From Diplonema japonicum (taxonomy: Eukaryota; Protista; Euglenozoa: Diplonemea), in assembly GCA_964019335.1 (NCBI GenBank), contig OZ025672.1:62001-126000 (forward strand): a DNA stretch of 64,000 nt, written 5' to 3'. Positions 1-10,249 of this stretch are shown in pieces. Under the pieces are notes generated by a model. It was not told the origin of the DNA, did not search any database, and saw only the letters and a program-made list of their open reading frames with translations. How positions within the stretch are numbered: the first letter of the stretch is position 1; each line of letters opens with the position of its first letter. Made by a program: the position numbers and the translations under genes.

Positions 1-1773
1 GCACTCCTTGAAGAGCACGCTATTGAGGATCCCGTTGGGATCGTCGCGGCAGGTCTCGACCACAGCATCATCGTCCAACAGCGTGAAAGAGTGTAGTATG
101 TCAGGGGATTTTGATGATGGAAAAACTTCGACCCTGGCGGCAGACCTGTAACCTGCCCTTACTACGTCCCCGACATCCACGTGGGAAATCTTCCATCCCG
201 CTCGAGTGCTTACTATTGTGCTGGTTGTAATAATAAACTTGCGTGAGTCGATGTGTACCTCCATCAGGTGTTGGGGCTCACCGTTGCTGCACGTTAACTT
301 ATCATGCACTACCGACCCAGGGCATTTGTCCAGCAAGCTTATGTATTTGATGAGCTTCCCCCAAACGTCGGTGATGCCCGAGCATTCACTCCCCGGCTTG
401 CAGGAGGTGCCGTCACACACGAACTCCTTATCCACACACTTCGTCTCAAGCGACTGGCACTCGGTACTGCATGAGTCGGACACCGAGCAGTACAGCTCAG
501 TTAATTTACATGATTTTTGCGATAAAGGGGTCGTAGTGTTTGTCGTCAAACCGACTGCCTGGATCACGTTGGGGTACAGGTTGGCTGGCCCGACGTAGTC
601 TATCTTCACGTTGGTGCCTCGAACGAGGTCGCTGACGCTCAGGGGAAGGCTGTCACCTGTCTGAACGTTCCGGACACGCGTGTCCGACGTAACGTTGAAG
701 ACATGACCTGACTTGAGCCGCACCATCATCCAGAAAGCAAAGTTGTCGACCACCGCAATTGTTACATCCAATGAAATGTCGCCCGTCATAGACTCCACAG
801 TGTCGCTCAGGTCTGTGAGATCGGGTGGGGTGATGTGCAGAATGTCCACTCTATTCACGCTCTTCTTCACAGCGTCTGTATATGACGCTCGCACGTACAT
901 CCCGGCTCCCAATTCCATTCTGCTTGCCAGGACGGTACCCAGAGTCATTGTGTGCTTAGTCGCGTAGTAGGCCCCGTCAAAGGTGGGTCCATCATTGCCC
1001 AGTTTTAAAGGGTCGTCAGAGGGGCACGTCATATGGGGGATGGACCCATCAGCGCAAAGGGGGTCTGCCTCCTCAATGGTTAACTTATTAGCATGAATAT
1101 CGAAGTGACGGATGATGCCGTAGACTGGTGGGACGCATGCCTCTTCGTACGACAAGTCCATCTTCTGCCCTGAAACGGCACAGTTCGACTTCAAAGTGTC
1201 ACATGTCTCACGTGCGGTGTGCCCATTTATCAAGCACACGGGATTTGACAACGGTTGGTTCCTTGTGCATTTGCTACAAACTTCCTTCGAGGCTGTTTTG
1301 CAGGTCCCGCAAGTGTGTGGGCACAGTTCGCTCATGTGAGGGTAGCCGGCGACCCTTTCCCCGAGGTTTGCGAGTTGGGCGTTGCAGCCTATTGACTCCT
1401 TCAGCATAGGGCAGGTTAACTTGTTATTCACGAGAGTCTTCCACGGATCGTCAGGGCAGTCTTGGCAACATCCGTGCGTTCCAAAGTCAACACACACACC
1501 TTTAGAACAGACAGGGAGGATGGTCACGGCAGTGGGGTCGCACCTGATGCAGGTTTCCAGTTTTGGCTGCTTAATTTCGAAGAGTCGTGTGAAGACTACC
1601 TTCGTCGATAAATCAATGTCGTGTGTTCCCTTCATCAGTGCAGACAGACGATTAACCGGGCTGTGCCCACTGGCGCATCGGTTGAGTGGCTTGCAATCAT
1701 CACTCCCAACGGCGGCGGTAGCAAGCAACACGATGCAGACAACGCTTCTCTGCATTGTCCTACGAATCATCAT
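1..1773 (-). CDS. Secreted Cys-rich protein with ShK-like motif(s), 3'-partial (>=591 aa)
   Basis: Not in the ORF track because no stop lies inside the window. My manual translation from ATG 1773 stays open to base 1: MMIRRTMQRSVVCIVLLATAAVG (signal-like), CPDDPWKTLVNNKLTCPMLKESIGC...MSELCPHTCGTC (ShK-like), and a similar start CRDDPNGIL near base 1. Confidence 0.8.
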   Translation of the reverse strand, partial: MMIRRTMQRSVVCIVLLATAAVGSDDCKPLNRCASGHSPVNRLSALMKGTHDIDLSTKVVFTRLFEIKQPKLETCIRCDPTAVTILPVCSKGVCVDFGTHGCCQDCPDDPWKTLVNNKLTCPMLKESIGCNAQLANLGERVAGYPHMSELCPHTCGTCKTASKEVCSKCTRNQPLSNPVCLINGHTARETCDTLKSNCAVSGQKMDLSYEEACVPPVYGIIRHFDIHANKLTIEEADPLCADGSIPHMTCPSDDPLKLGNDGPTFDGAYYATKHTMTLGTVLASRMELGAGMYVRASYTDAVKKSVNRVDILHITPPDLTDLSDTVESMTGDISLDVTIAVVDNFAFWMMVRLKSGHVFNVTSDTRVRNVQTGDSLPLSVSDLVRGTNVKIDYVGPANLYPNVIQAVGLTTNTTTPLSQKSCKLTELYCSVSDSCSTECQSLETKCVDKEFVCDGTSCKPGSECSGITDVWGKLIKYISLLDKCPGSVVHDKLTCSNGEPQHLMEVHIDSRKFIITTSTIVSTRAGWKISHVDVGDVVRAGYRSAARVEVFPSSKSPDILHSFTLLDDDAVVETCRDDPNGILNSVLFKEC

Positions 1774-1878
1774 GTCCTTCCCTGTTTGCCGTCAATCTAA
1801 AAACTGGTAGATAAAAAAAAAAAAGACGAAGAGAAAAAAAACACTCGCCGCTCACCATCTTAACCGTTCGGTGTGTAG

Positions 1879-2127
1879 TTAAATATCGCCGAAAGCAATC
1901 TCCTTATGCATGCTATGGCTGTTTGTAAATGATAAAAAGAGAAGTTACCCTTCTTTAACATACTTTGAAGCAAGCTTCATGCTCCCGCTGCTCCCGCTCA
2001 ACAAATTTGTTTTCGCCAACTTCCCAATGAACCTCGACGTGTTTATACCTCCCGGAGCATCGGCTAACCTCAATTTCTTCAATCTCACATTTGACCCTGG
2101 TGCATGCAGATCAGCAAGGCGCCCCAT
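1879..2127 (-). CDS. Small 72-aa hypothetical protein, 2 exons
   Basis: ORF 1945..2127 is extended by a 30-nt GT-AG intron (1919-1948), adding HSMHKEIAFGDI*. An acceptor-like caccacag sits 16 nt before the ATG. Confidence 0.55.
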
Positions 2128-2231
2128 GAGGGCGTGTAATCACCTGTGGTGGAGTCAATGCTCGTTTAGTTAATTACTTTTTCCAACACAATTATTAGGT
2201 GTAATAAATAAATTAACGTAGCGGCCTTCTT

Positions 2232-3854
2232 CTACCGAGTATATCGCTTACGTCTGGGGTTCTGCCGTCGCGGGGAGTTTGAAATAACCCATTTCGACAG
2301 AAATGAATTCATGAATTTGAAACATTGCGATGAAACCCCGTTCTGCGCCTCGAGGGGAAGCTTAAGCTTGATAAAGCTCATGGCGGCAATCGCGGGTTCC
2401 ACCCAAAGGTGGCCGTATTCACGGAAGCACATGTGCGGCTTCGTGAAGTCGCCAGGATGCATTGCCACGTACTTAGGGTTCTTACACGACGTGCTCTCAT
2501 TCAGATGCGGATCGCAAAGGGAGGTGAAGACACCAGCTGCGTGCCGTGAGAGAGCTTCTTCGAAGGCCCGCTGGTCTGTCCCCGACGTCTTTGTGCCGCC
2601 TCCGTACATATGGAACGCAAACAAGCCGCCGTGTCCGTTGAAAACGTTATGCGGGACCTCAGATATGTTCGCTTTCATCTCCTTTGTCCCGTGTAAGTTC
2701 AGCCCCGACTGGTCACCAGAATTGTATATTCTGGTCATCATCTTCTGACAGTTGTGCATATCCTTCCTGCACAGCTTCGTTTTCTCCAGCGTACAGTCGT
2801 TGTTGCGCAGTCGCCACCATTCTTGAAGGAATCGTGTCCGCCCGTTCTTTTCGTTGCTCAACAGTAGGACTCCCGTGTTTAGTCCCATGCCTTCCCCGAT
2901 CATCTCCCTGCACCCCGTCACAGTGTTCGGCTTGTGAAGAACATGCTGGTTCCCGTTGCACCCCACGCTGTTGCCATCGCACTTATGCGTGGGATCGAAC
3001 ACCATGCGTGAAACATGCTGTGCCATGGCAGGGATGGTGTACCCTAGGTGCCGCATTGTGGCGTCGATGTCAATGGAGACCACCCAGTCTGTGGCCGCAT
3101 ACAGGCGCGAGGCTGCCAGCAGCGCAGCGGGTTTTACCCAGTTGGGGTGCAGGTAAAAACCTTCCACCCAGCAGCACCTCTTTCCCATTGTACCGCAAAA
3201 CTCCTGCTTGTTAGGGCTTTTAAAAACACCGCCGTGCTTCGAGACCCTTTGCGCCCACTCGCCACACGCGTCTATCGCGTCATAGTACACGGTGGGGTAA
3301 CCATGGGCCAGAGCGTACAGCACCGTCGATGCCATCGCCATTTTGATGGATCCAGAGAAAGGGTATGTGAGGGTGTAGACGAAAACTGCTTTAGGTGTCT
3401 TGGGAGCTGCTTGCGAGAGATGTTTGACAAGCCGCTCTGGAGAGCTGCAGATATTCGCATCATCAGGGGGGACGGTAAGGAGGGCAGGGGTTTGCATGTC
3501 TGGGATTCTTATGCCAGTTTGTACGCATTCCAGCCACCAGTCCGATTTCTTCTTTTGGATGACAGGGAAGGCAATCTCCCGCCAAAGGGTTTTGTCTCTT
3601 CTCGTGCACAGTACGTCGGTGGGGCTCCCTCGCAGATCCTTCGGCTCGAATAGTTCAGTTCCTACACCACACACTCCCATACAAGCTACGTCAGGGAAGA
3701 TGGGATGTTGCCCTCCCCTAGCGCTGCACGCCGTTCGTGTCCCGTTCCCTATGGATCTCGCTGCAATATCCCCTTCCTCACCATAGCCTGCTATCCAGAA
3801 TGCTGCTGCACTCATCACGCATACAAAAGCGGCACATGTCGCCACCCAACGCAT
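2232..3854 (-). CDS. GT34-like (GMA12/MNN10-type) type II membrane glycosyltransferase
   Basis: N-terminal signal anchor, then HPNWVKP, WVVSIDIDA (DxD), LNTGVLLL and GDQSGLN motifs in GT34 order. Confidence 0.75.
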   Translation of the reverse strand: MRWVATCAAFVCVMSAAAFWIAGYGEEGDIAARSIGNGTRTACSARGGQHPIFPDVACMGVCGVGTELFEPKDLRGSPTDVLCTRRDKTLWREIAFPVIQKKKSDWWLECVQTGIRIPDMQTPALLTVPPDDANICSSPERLVKHLSQAAPKTPKAVFVYTLTYPFSGSIKMAMASTVLYALAHGYPTVYYDAIDACGEWAQRVSKHGGVFKSPNKQEFCGTMGKRCCWVEGFYLHPNWVKPAALLAASRLYAATDWVVSIDIDATMRHLGYTIPAMAQHVSRMVFDPTHKCDGNSVGCNGNQHVLHKPNTVTGCREMIGEGMGLNTGVLLLSNEKNGRTRFLQEWWRLRNNDCTLEKTKLCRKDMHNCQKMMTRIYNSGDQSGLNLHGTKEMKANISEVPHNVFNGHGGLFAFHMYGGGTKTSGTDQRAFEEALSRHAAGVFTSLCDPHLNESTSCKNPKYVAMHPGDFTKPHMCFREYGHLWVEPAIAAMSFIKLKLPLEAQNGVSSQCFKFMNSFLSKWVISNSPRRQNPRRKRYTR

Positions 3855-4298
3855 GGCTTTAGACTACTGTAAGAAATTGTTAAAATTGTTCAGAAAGCTA
3901 CTTTCTTTTCAAGGCAACTTCAAATTTCTTTTTCTAAGTTCCAATGTATCTTTCTTTCTTTCTTTCTTTTATTTGGTCGTAAACTAAAATAGTTGGAGGA
4001 AACTGAAGTTTATCGGAGGAAAGAAACCCTTTCGTGAAGCAAATAAAAAAAAGAGTACAAAGTTGCAATGTTGCTGTTAAACCCCGACCCATGAGACATT
4101 CGCAAGGATTTTGTCGGGCAGCACACAAACTGCGAGTTTACTTTTTATAACTTATTTCTTTCCATTCTACGCACACAGGAAAACAAACGAAAGGTAAAGT
4201 GGTAGAGGGTGGGGAACGAGAGAGACAAAACAGAAAGAAGAAAACAAAACGAAAAGAGGCAAATAAATCTTGATGTTTCGTAAGAAACCTTCTGCCAG

Positions 4299-5486
4299 CT
4301 AAAGAAGGCTGGCAACCAACTTGTGGCCTTTCTGAAGCGCAATGTCTTTGGGGGAGACGCCTGTGTGGCAGCGGATCAAGGGGTTGGCAGAGTTGCGGAG
4401 GAGGTAGCTCACAGTGCAAGAGTGGCCGTGTTGCGCGGCAACATGGAGCGGGGTCCATCCGGCAACGTCGTTGGTGTTAACACTCTCGACAGAAGTGACG
4501 AGGTCGAGGATGCTGCTTCGTCTGTATTGTGCAGCGTAGAAAACGGGAGACCATCCGCTCACATCGACAGCAGTCAAGTCCGCACCGTGGTCTACAAGGA
4601 ACCTAACAAAAGGCTCGGACCCTGCCTGGACAGCGACCATGAGAGGCGTCATCTGCTTGTCGTTTACCACGTCCACCTTGTTTGTGTGGCATATGATGAT
4701 GTCGGCCATGTTAAGGTTCGCCATCTGTGCTGCAGTGTGCAAAGCCCCCATCCCTCCAGCGTCCCGCAAACCCATCTTAAGCAGCATCTCTAGCGTCTCG
4801 GGCTGCTCTGCAGAGACAGCGACATTAAGCAGCCCCCTGTACGACGACTCGGGGCTCGCCTCTAAAAGGTGAGCTGCTGTCTCGAGATGGCCATGTGCTA
4901 CAGCGATTTCCAACGCTGTGTTCCCATACACATCAGTGACAGTCAAATCCGCATTTGACTCCAGCAGCAACTTCACAATTGTCGGCTGTCCGGTCTGTGC
5001 ACCTAGCATTAGCGCAGTTAGCCCAGCGTCGTGCACGTTGCTGAGGTCCCCCGTCTCCGCTAGGAGGCGGATCATCTCCGTGTCGCCGTTCGGTGCTGCG
5101 GACATCAGGGCTGTCCACCCCCCAAAGCCCCGTTCGTTGACATCAACCCCTGCCTTCGTCAGCAACTCTAAGACTTCAACATTGCACTCCCACGCTGCAC
5201 GTATGACTTCCTTTCCGCATAGTTTCACGCCTAGTTCTCTCAACTTCCGTCGTGCTAGCTCCTTTGCACTCAGCCTCATTTCTATAACAGCATCAGCCTC
5301 AAGCCCTACCTCGGCGAGCAGTGCTCCATCTTCCTTCAGCTCTTTTCCGTCCACCACGAGCACAAGGTTCTCCACGCCAATTCTGCTGCGGTCTCCGATT
5401 TCCTCTTTGAGGCTTAGCACGTTCCACCCGCCCTCCACTTCCAGCCCCATCAGGCTTCCGTCCTCCTCACGTACATAAACCTGCAT
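4299..5486 (-). CDS. Ubiquitin-like domain plus ankyrin-repeat protein
   Basis: N-terminal MQVYVR...LKEEI...LVLVVDGKELKEDGALLAEVGL (beta-grasp pattern), then ~9 ankyrin repeats (GWTALMSAA, GNTALEIAV, TPLMVAV, GWTPLHVAA). Confidence 0.9.
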   Translation of the reverse strand: MQVYVREEDGSLMGLEVEGGWNVLSLKEEIGDRSRIGVENLVLVVDGKELKEDGALLAEVGLEADAVIEMRLSAKELARRKLRELGVKLCGKEVIRAAWECNVEVLELLTKAGVDVNERGFGGWTALMSAAPNGDTEMIRLLAETGDLSNVHDAGLTALMLGAQTGQPTIVKLLLESNADLTVTDVYGNTALEIAVAHGHLETAAHLLEASPESSYRGLLNVAVSAEQPETLEMLLKMGLRDAGGMGALHTAAQMANLNMADIIICHTNKVDVVNDKQMTPLMVAVQAGSEPFVRFLVDHGADLTAVDVSGWSPVFYAAQYRRSSILDLVTSVESVNTNDVAGWTPLHVAAQHGHSCTVSYLLRNSANPLIRCHTGVSPKDIALQKGHKLVASLL

Positions 5487-5590
5487 CTCCTCCTGTGGTG
5501 GTCTCTTTTCTTTTCTGGTTTCACTTAGTTTTGCTGTTGGTATGGAATTACATAGGATAAAGTTAGTGAGCTATGCTTATCAGCACGGGT

Positions 5591-7492
5591 TTAGGAGTTA
5601 CTTGGGTGCTCCTCGTGTCGTTTCCGTTTTCGTGCCTTCGGCCTCGGTGGTGGTATCAAGGTGCTTGCGAAGGATGGGCTGCCTGAAAGCAGGAGGCGCA
5701 TTGGACCTGATGTTTTCTTCTTCACCAGGTAATAGTCAACGAGGCACTTAACGATACGTCCGTTCAGGGCGACAACCTGCTTACCAACACAGTGAGTCGT
5801 TTCGCCCGTTGCTTTCACCACAACCAGCCCAGGCGACAGTACAAGCCCACGGCTGCTAGCCACTGTCGCCGAACAGTACGGCATTGCTAGCACGGTCACA
5901 GCGCACACCAGTGCGGCGGTTATGCACCCTGATGTGAGGTGCCTCTGAGGCAGTCTAGTCACCACCACTTCTGTGATCCCAATGTCCCAGCCTAAAAAGT
6001 GTGTAAGATACTTGAATCTATACCGTGTGTCATTGCACCCAGCTGTCGCAGCCCCAAATGCTTAGTTTCCACCACAAGTGTCAACACACTTCCCTTACCT
6101 TCGAAGATGTCGAGCTGCTTCTCTACTGCTTCCGTAGAACAGAGGTCGTCCGATCGGTTGCAACCCCTACAAATATACAGTTGCTAAAAAGGAATACCTT
6201 ATAATATCACCAGCATAAAGCATAGTGCTGAGAGGGGAGAGGTGCGGGACCTTGTCTACTACGAAGGGAGCAAAAGGCTTAGTACTGAAGAGATGGTCGG
6301 CGAAGCTAGCTGTGTCACTAGAAGATGGGAGGGCAGTGAGAAGAGACGCGGCGACAGCCGCAACGGCAGAGGAAGTCACAATTTCACCTGCGTACCTGGT
6401 GAGGTTGGGAAGGTGATGTTTGGCGAGCTGCCGCAGAAAATCCCGTGACCTGCTAGCCAGGAGATCCCGTACGCCTTGCTGCCTGCTTGACATAATTTCC
6501 GGGTGATACTCGCCTTCGTTCATCTTATGCGCGTAGAGCAAGGTGTCCACTAGCCACTGTACCCCTACGAGGTGCGGTTCTTTACCACATTGATCAGCCC
6601 ACCGGTTGGCCGTGGCGCTGTCGGACACCACATGTGTCACATTAGTGCTTGGTACATCTGCAACATGCCCGCCGTGGCTCAATACCGTCCCACAGAGATG
6701 CTCCAGCTCTGCTCGGAACTCATAATCAGCTCCTTGCGGTGCGACAATCAGCAAGGATAGCGACCTGCCGTCCTGGTGCCTCATCCGCCGAAGCAGTGTA
6801 GTGCGCAGCCACGCGAGAGCATCGACAGAAGAGTCTCCCGTTTTGGTGATATGCGTGGCCATCAGTGATATCTGCTGGCACGCGACCATTAAGTACCTTT
6901 CCTTATTCTCTATGACACGGTCATAAGGATGCACCTTTGCCATGTTTGAAAATGCGAAGAAGGGCGGCGTCGCCAGCACAGTGCCTAGCTGCGTCCACAC
7001 ACCCGGTTGGTCGTCGAGGACAACAGCGTGCTCGATCTGTTCGGCTGAGAGAAGGTTTCGCAGATCTTTTCGCGAGCTGGTGTCTTCACCCTTGGTGATG
7101 ATATTTCCGTTGATGAGACAGTTCGGGCTGTCCATTCGCCCGAACAGCACCCTCAGTACGGCGTGAACGTAGCAGTTTTTCCCTTTGCTGTAGATGTGAA
7201 CGTCGCAGTCGCTTTTTCGCAGCTCGATCATCGCCTCGAATAATGCGGGTCGCACCTGCAGCAGCGCCAACGTTGTCTCCGCGCCCTCCTTGAACGTGAA
7301 TTCGTGCGTCATTTGGTATACTTCTGTACGCTCCTTCCCAGACTTCCTTGCACGCCACACATCATAAAGAGATCTTCCGACCTCGCAGTGCAGCCTGCGA
7401 AACAGGTCGACCTCTGCCCCAGTTCTTCCCGCCGCATGTATCATCGTGTTGTCCAAGTCAAGCACCACCTGGATCCGTACTCCTTCAGACAT
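5591..7492 (-). CDS. FCP1-like HAD phosphatase with BRCT and PDZ-like C-terminus, 3 exons
   Basis: LDLDNTMIHA (DxDxT), VRPAL, VVLDD..VW; BRCT-like GG...VTHVV...LVGVQWLVD. Introns 6167-6197 (31 nt) and 5992-6023 (32 nt) join ORFs 6167..7492 and 5591..5968 in frame. Confidence 0.8.
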
Positions 7493-7644
7493 TTCTATAT
7501 TGCGTTTGATACTTCTTTCTTATTTCTTCTTTTCTTTTTTCCTTTTTTGAATCTAAAACTCTACGTGCATTTTCTTTTGCCTAGTGCTGCCAGGTAATAA
7601 ATCATGTAAGTTAAAGGAAGTAATTGATATTAGTTCGCACACAG

Positions 7645-8511
7645 TCAAGACGTGGAGCTCTTGTTAACAGACAATTTTACCATCCACCTGGGAAGGTTTT
7701 CATTGAGGTAGCAGGTAGGGTCGGAAGGCAGCACGAGTTGTTTGATCCAGCCGCAGTGCAAAAGGAAGTGATCCCCCACAACGAAGATGTTCGTGAGCAT
7801 CGACATGTCAACGTTTGTTAGTGAGCTGCACTCTCGACAGAAAAAGGGGCCGATACGTTGGAGGGAGGGGAACACATTCATATCGATGCTAGTTAGATCG
7901 CGGCAGTAGTAGAAAAACAAACTGTCGATACGGGTCATAGAAGGGATGAGTGGAAACTCAACGGACTTGAGGGAAGTACAAGAAGAACAAAAACCTGACC
8001 CGATAGAGGCAAGATTGGGGAAACCGCAGAAGCGTAAGGTGAGTAATAATCGGCAGAACTCAAGGAAGTTGCTCTTTATGAAACGACATGCACCAGTATC
8101 CGTGATGAGAATGTGCAGAACACGTTGAATAATTGGCACGTCAAGACCTTTTAAGAGAAATCCTCCTTCCGTGTCCACGAATCCTTCTGTACAGACTTCC
8201 AGCTCCAAATCTGGGTTGTCTTCGAGGAGCCTCTCTATCGCTTCCGCAGCCACTTGCAGCTCCTTCTCACTTCGCACGGTTATTTTGGTTTTCTTCTCAA
8301 CGGCTACCTCGCTCCCTTGTCCTATCATAGCCTCTTCCAGGGTTTCCATCTTATTAAGGACCCTTCCCTCTAACATTACATTAAACATCCCTTCGATCAA
8401 CCCCTCTCTTTCTGCAGCCGCGGTGTATAGCACACCTACCGTGTCATCGTGGCCTACAGCCACATCACGAACCTCCCCCGACAAACCACGCACAAAGATG
8501 GTGATCGCCAT
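7645..8511 (-). CDS. Ubiquitin-like domain plus BspA-type leucine-rich repeat protein
   Basis: MAITIFVRGLSGEVRDV...LEGRVL...TLEEAMI (Ubl). LRRs LASIGSGFCSSCTSLKSVEF, IGPFFCRECSSLTNVDM. First true ATG is at 8511. Confidence 0.85.
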   Translation of the reverse strand: MAITIFVRGLSGEVRDVAVGHDDTVGVLYTAAAEREGLIEGMFNVMLEGRVLNKMETLEEAMIGQGSEVAVEKKTKITVRSEKELQVAAEAIERLLEDNPDLELEVCTEGFVDTEGGFLLKGLDVPIIQRVLHILITDTGACRFIKSNFLEFCRLLLTLRFCGFPNLASIGSGFCSSCTSLKSVEFPLIPSMTRIDSLFFYYCRDLTSIDMNVFPSLQRIGPFFCRECSSLTNVDMSMLTNIFVVGDHFLLHCGWIKQLVLPSDPTCYLNENLPRWMVKLSVNKSSTS

Positions 8512-8567
8512 TATTCTATGCACGCAATTAAGGGGAAAGAAAGGGAGACAGTAATAAGCACTAAGAA

Positions 8568-8648
8568 GGGGGGGGGGGGGGGGGGGAGAGCTGTTGTTAA
8601 AGAGCTCATGTGTAGTAGAAATCGAAGGGGGGGGGGGGGGGGGGGGGG
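8568..8648. repeat. Two poly-G runs (G19 and G22); poly-C on the coding strand
   Basis: Runs at 8568-8586 and 8627-8648 in the spacer between two genes. Confidence 0.9.
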
Positions 8649-8650
8649 AC

Positions 8651-10180
8651 TCAGGTTTGCCGGTGCTTTTTGACTATCTGCAGTATCTTACTGCTGAACA
8701 CATAAGGGAGGTTTTCGAGTTCGTTGGCTGTTTCTTTTCTGCTTTTTAGTTCATCAGTCTGGTTCTGCACCAAGTTAACGAGAGGTGCTGTTGTGGCTGG
8801 TAACACCGAGGGCACGGCATCCATCGTGTGGACCTCTGCTGTGAGATAGGGAATTTGGAGGTGCGGGTTGCCAGAGCAAAGGAATCCACAGCGGCCTTCT
8901 AGAGCGCGGAGGGATCGGTCGTAGACGGAGATCGCGTTGCCGGACCCACCGAGGTTTACTTCTAGCTTCTGCACGCATTCAGACCTGCTCTTCCACTCTT
9001 TGGCGACCCATACCTCCACAGCCACCCCCTCAACCGTCTCTTCCATCCTGCTTTCTCCCAACAGTGTTGCCTTGTTATCCTTTACAACTACGAGTTGCAT
9101 CACCTCCTTTCTCACATTCCTCTGTACCATGTACCACCCATCCTCTTTGTGTGCAAACACGAACGCATACTCCCCATCCATCGTACTGCCTCCTGCGTAT
9201 GTTCTGTACCGGACTCTTTCCCCTGAAACAGGCTTCTTAAGCAGCAGCATTGTGCCCCTCAAGACAAGAGTATCTGGAGTCTGGTCAGCCATGCATCTGA
9301 TGTTTGAAAGCTGTTGCAGGAGACGGAACTCTATTATCCACTGCGACGGGGCGAACGATGCACCTGAGGCGTCCTGCACGATGGTGGCTGCTTCAAGCTG
9401 TTCCTGGGAGAGTGTGCCAAATGCGATCTGGAGAACGACCTGTGAAGCTGGCTTATAGCAGAGTGAGCTGATGGCAGTGGTCGCCTTCCACGGCTGACAT
9501 GACATTGACTTCACACACAGCAGTGGGTTGTCATATGCCAGCAGCCCGACACTGCCCGTTGGATGGGCCGCGTCCTCAAGGCACACGATGTTTGAGCCGT
9601 ACATGATTTTCAAACAGGTGTTCACATGGACAACTTCGACTGCTACCCCGTTAGAGTCCGGCGCGCCGCATGGTTCCTCGTTGAGGAGATAAAAGAGGTC
9701 ATTCGCAACCTTAAAGAGCCGTAGCACCTTCTCTTCCCTGATGAGGAGGTAGTAGTTCGAAAGGTCTTGCGCACAGAAGACAACCCCGCCAGGACGGAGG
9801 AGGTTCGAACCCCGCCTCGTAAAGTGCACCTTGAACTTGAAATCAGCATACGTGGCGTTCCTGCGGAGCAAGAGTGAGCCTCTGCGTGCGCTCTTTTGCC
9901 CTGAGCACTCGGGCAGCTGTTTGATCCCCCCCGACTGGTGCAACATCCTGTCCTTAACGTACCAGCACGATGTCCCTCGCACCTGGCACTTCTCATCGAT
10001 CACTTCGTACTTTGCAAGATCTTCTGTAAAGGTTTCCTCAAACCCTGCGCCAGTCACACTTGCCGCCACTCCGCCCTCCACCTTCTCCTCGATTGAACCC
10101 TCGTCCCTCTTGTACATCAGAACCGCCAGCTTATCAGAAAGCTCTGGGTACCGCAACTTAGCGATTGCGACGTCGCACAT
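8651..10180 (-). CDS. Protein with two tandem ConA/LamG-like beta-sandwich domains
   Basis: Two internal repeats: WYVKDRMLHQSGG..RGSLLL..GVVFCAQDLSNYYLL..GSVGLL and WIIEFRLLQQLSNI..RGTMLLL..FVFAHKEDGWYMV..GRCGFL. ATG at 10180 chosen because the ORF track start is a GTG. Confidence 0.65.
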   Translation of the reverse strand: MCDVAIAKLRYPELSDKLAVLMYKRDEGSIEEKVEGGVAASVTGAGFEETFTEDLAKYEVIDEKCQVRGTSCWYVKDRMLHQSGGIKQLPECSGQKSARRGSLLLRRNATYADFKFKVHFTRRGSNLLRPGGVVFCAQDLSNYYLLIREEKVLRLFKVANDLFYLLNEEPCGAPDSNGVAVEVVHVNTCLKIMYGSNIVCLEDAAHPTGSVGLLAYDNPLLCVKSMSCQPWKATTAISSLCYKPASQVVLQIAFGTLSQEQLEAATIVQDASGASFAPSQWIIEFRLLQQLSNIRCMADQTPDTLVLRGTMLLLKKPVSGERVRYRTYAGGSTMDGEYAFVFAHKEDGWYMVQRNVRKEVMQLVVVKDNKATLLGESRMEETVEGVAVEVWVAKEWKSRSECVQKLEVNLGGSGNAISVYDRSLRALEGRCGFLCSGNPHLQIPYLTAEVHTMDAVPSVLPATTAPLVNLVQNQTDELKSRKETANELENLPYVFSSKILQIVKKHRQT

Positions 10181-10249
10181 TGCAAAGACCTGTCGTTGTC
10201 TAGGCCGCACATAAAGGAGAAGCTTTACTAACTACTGAAAGTGTAAATG

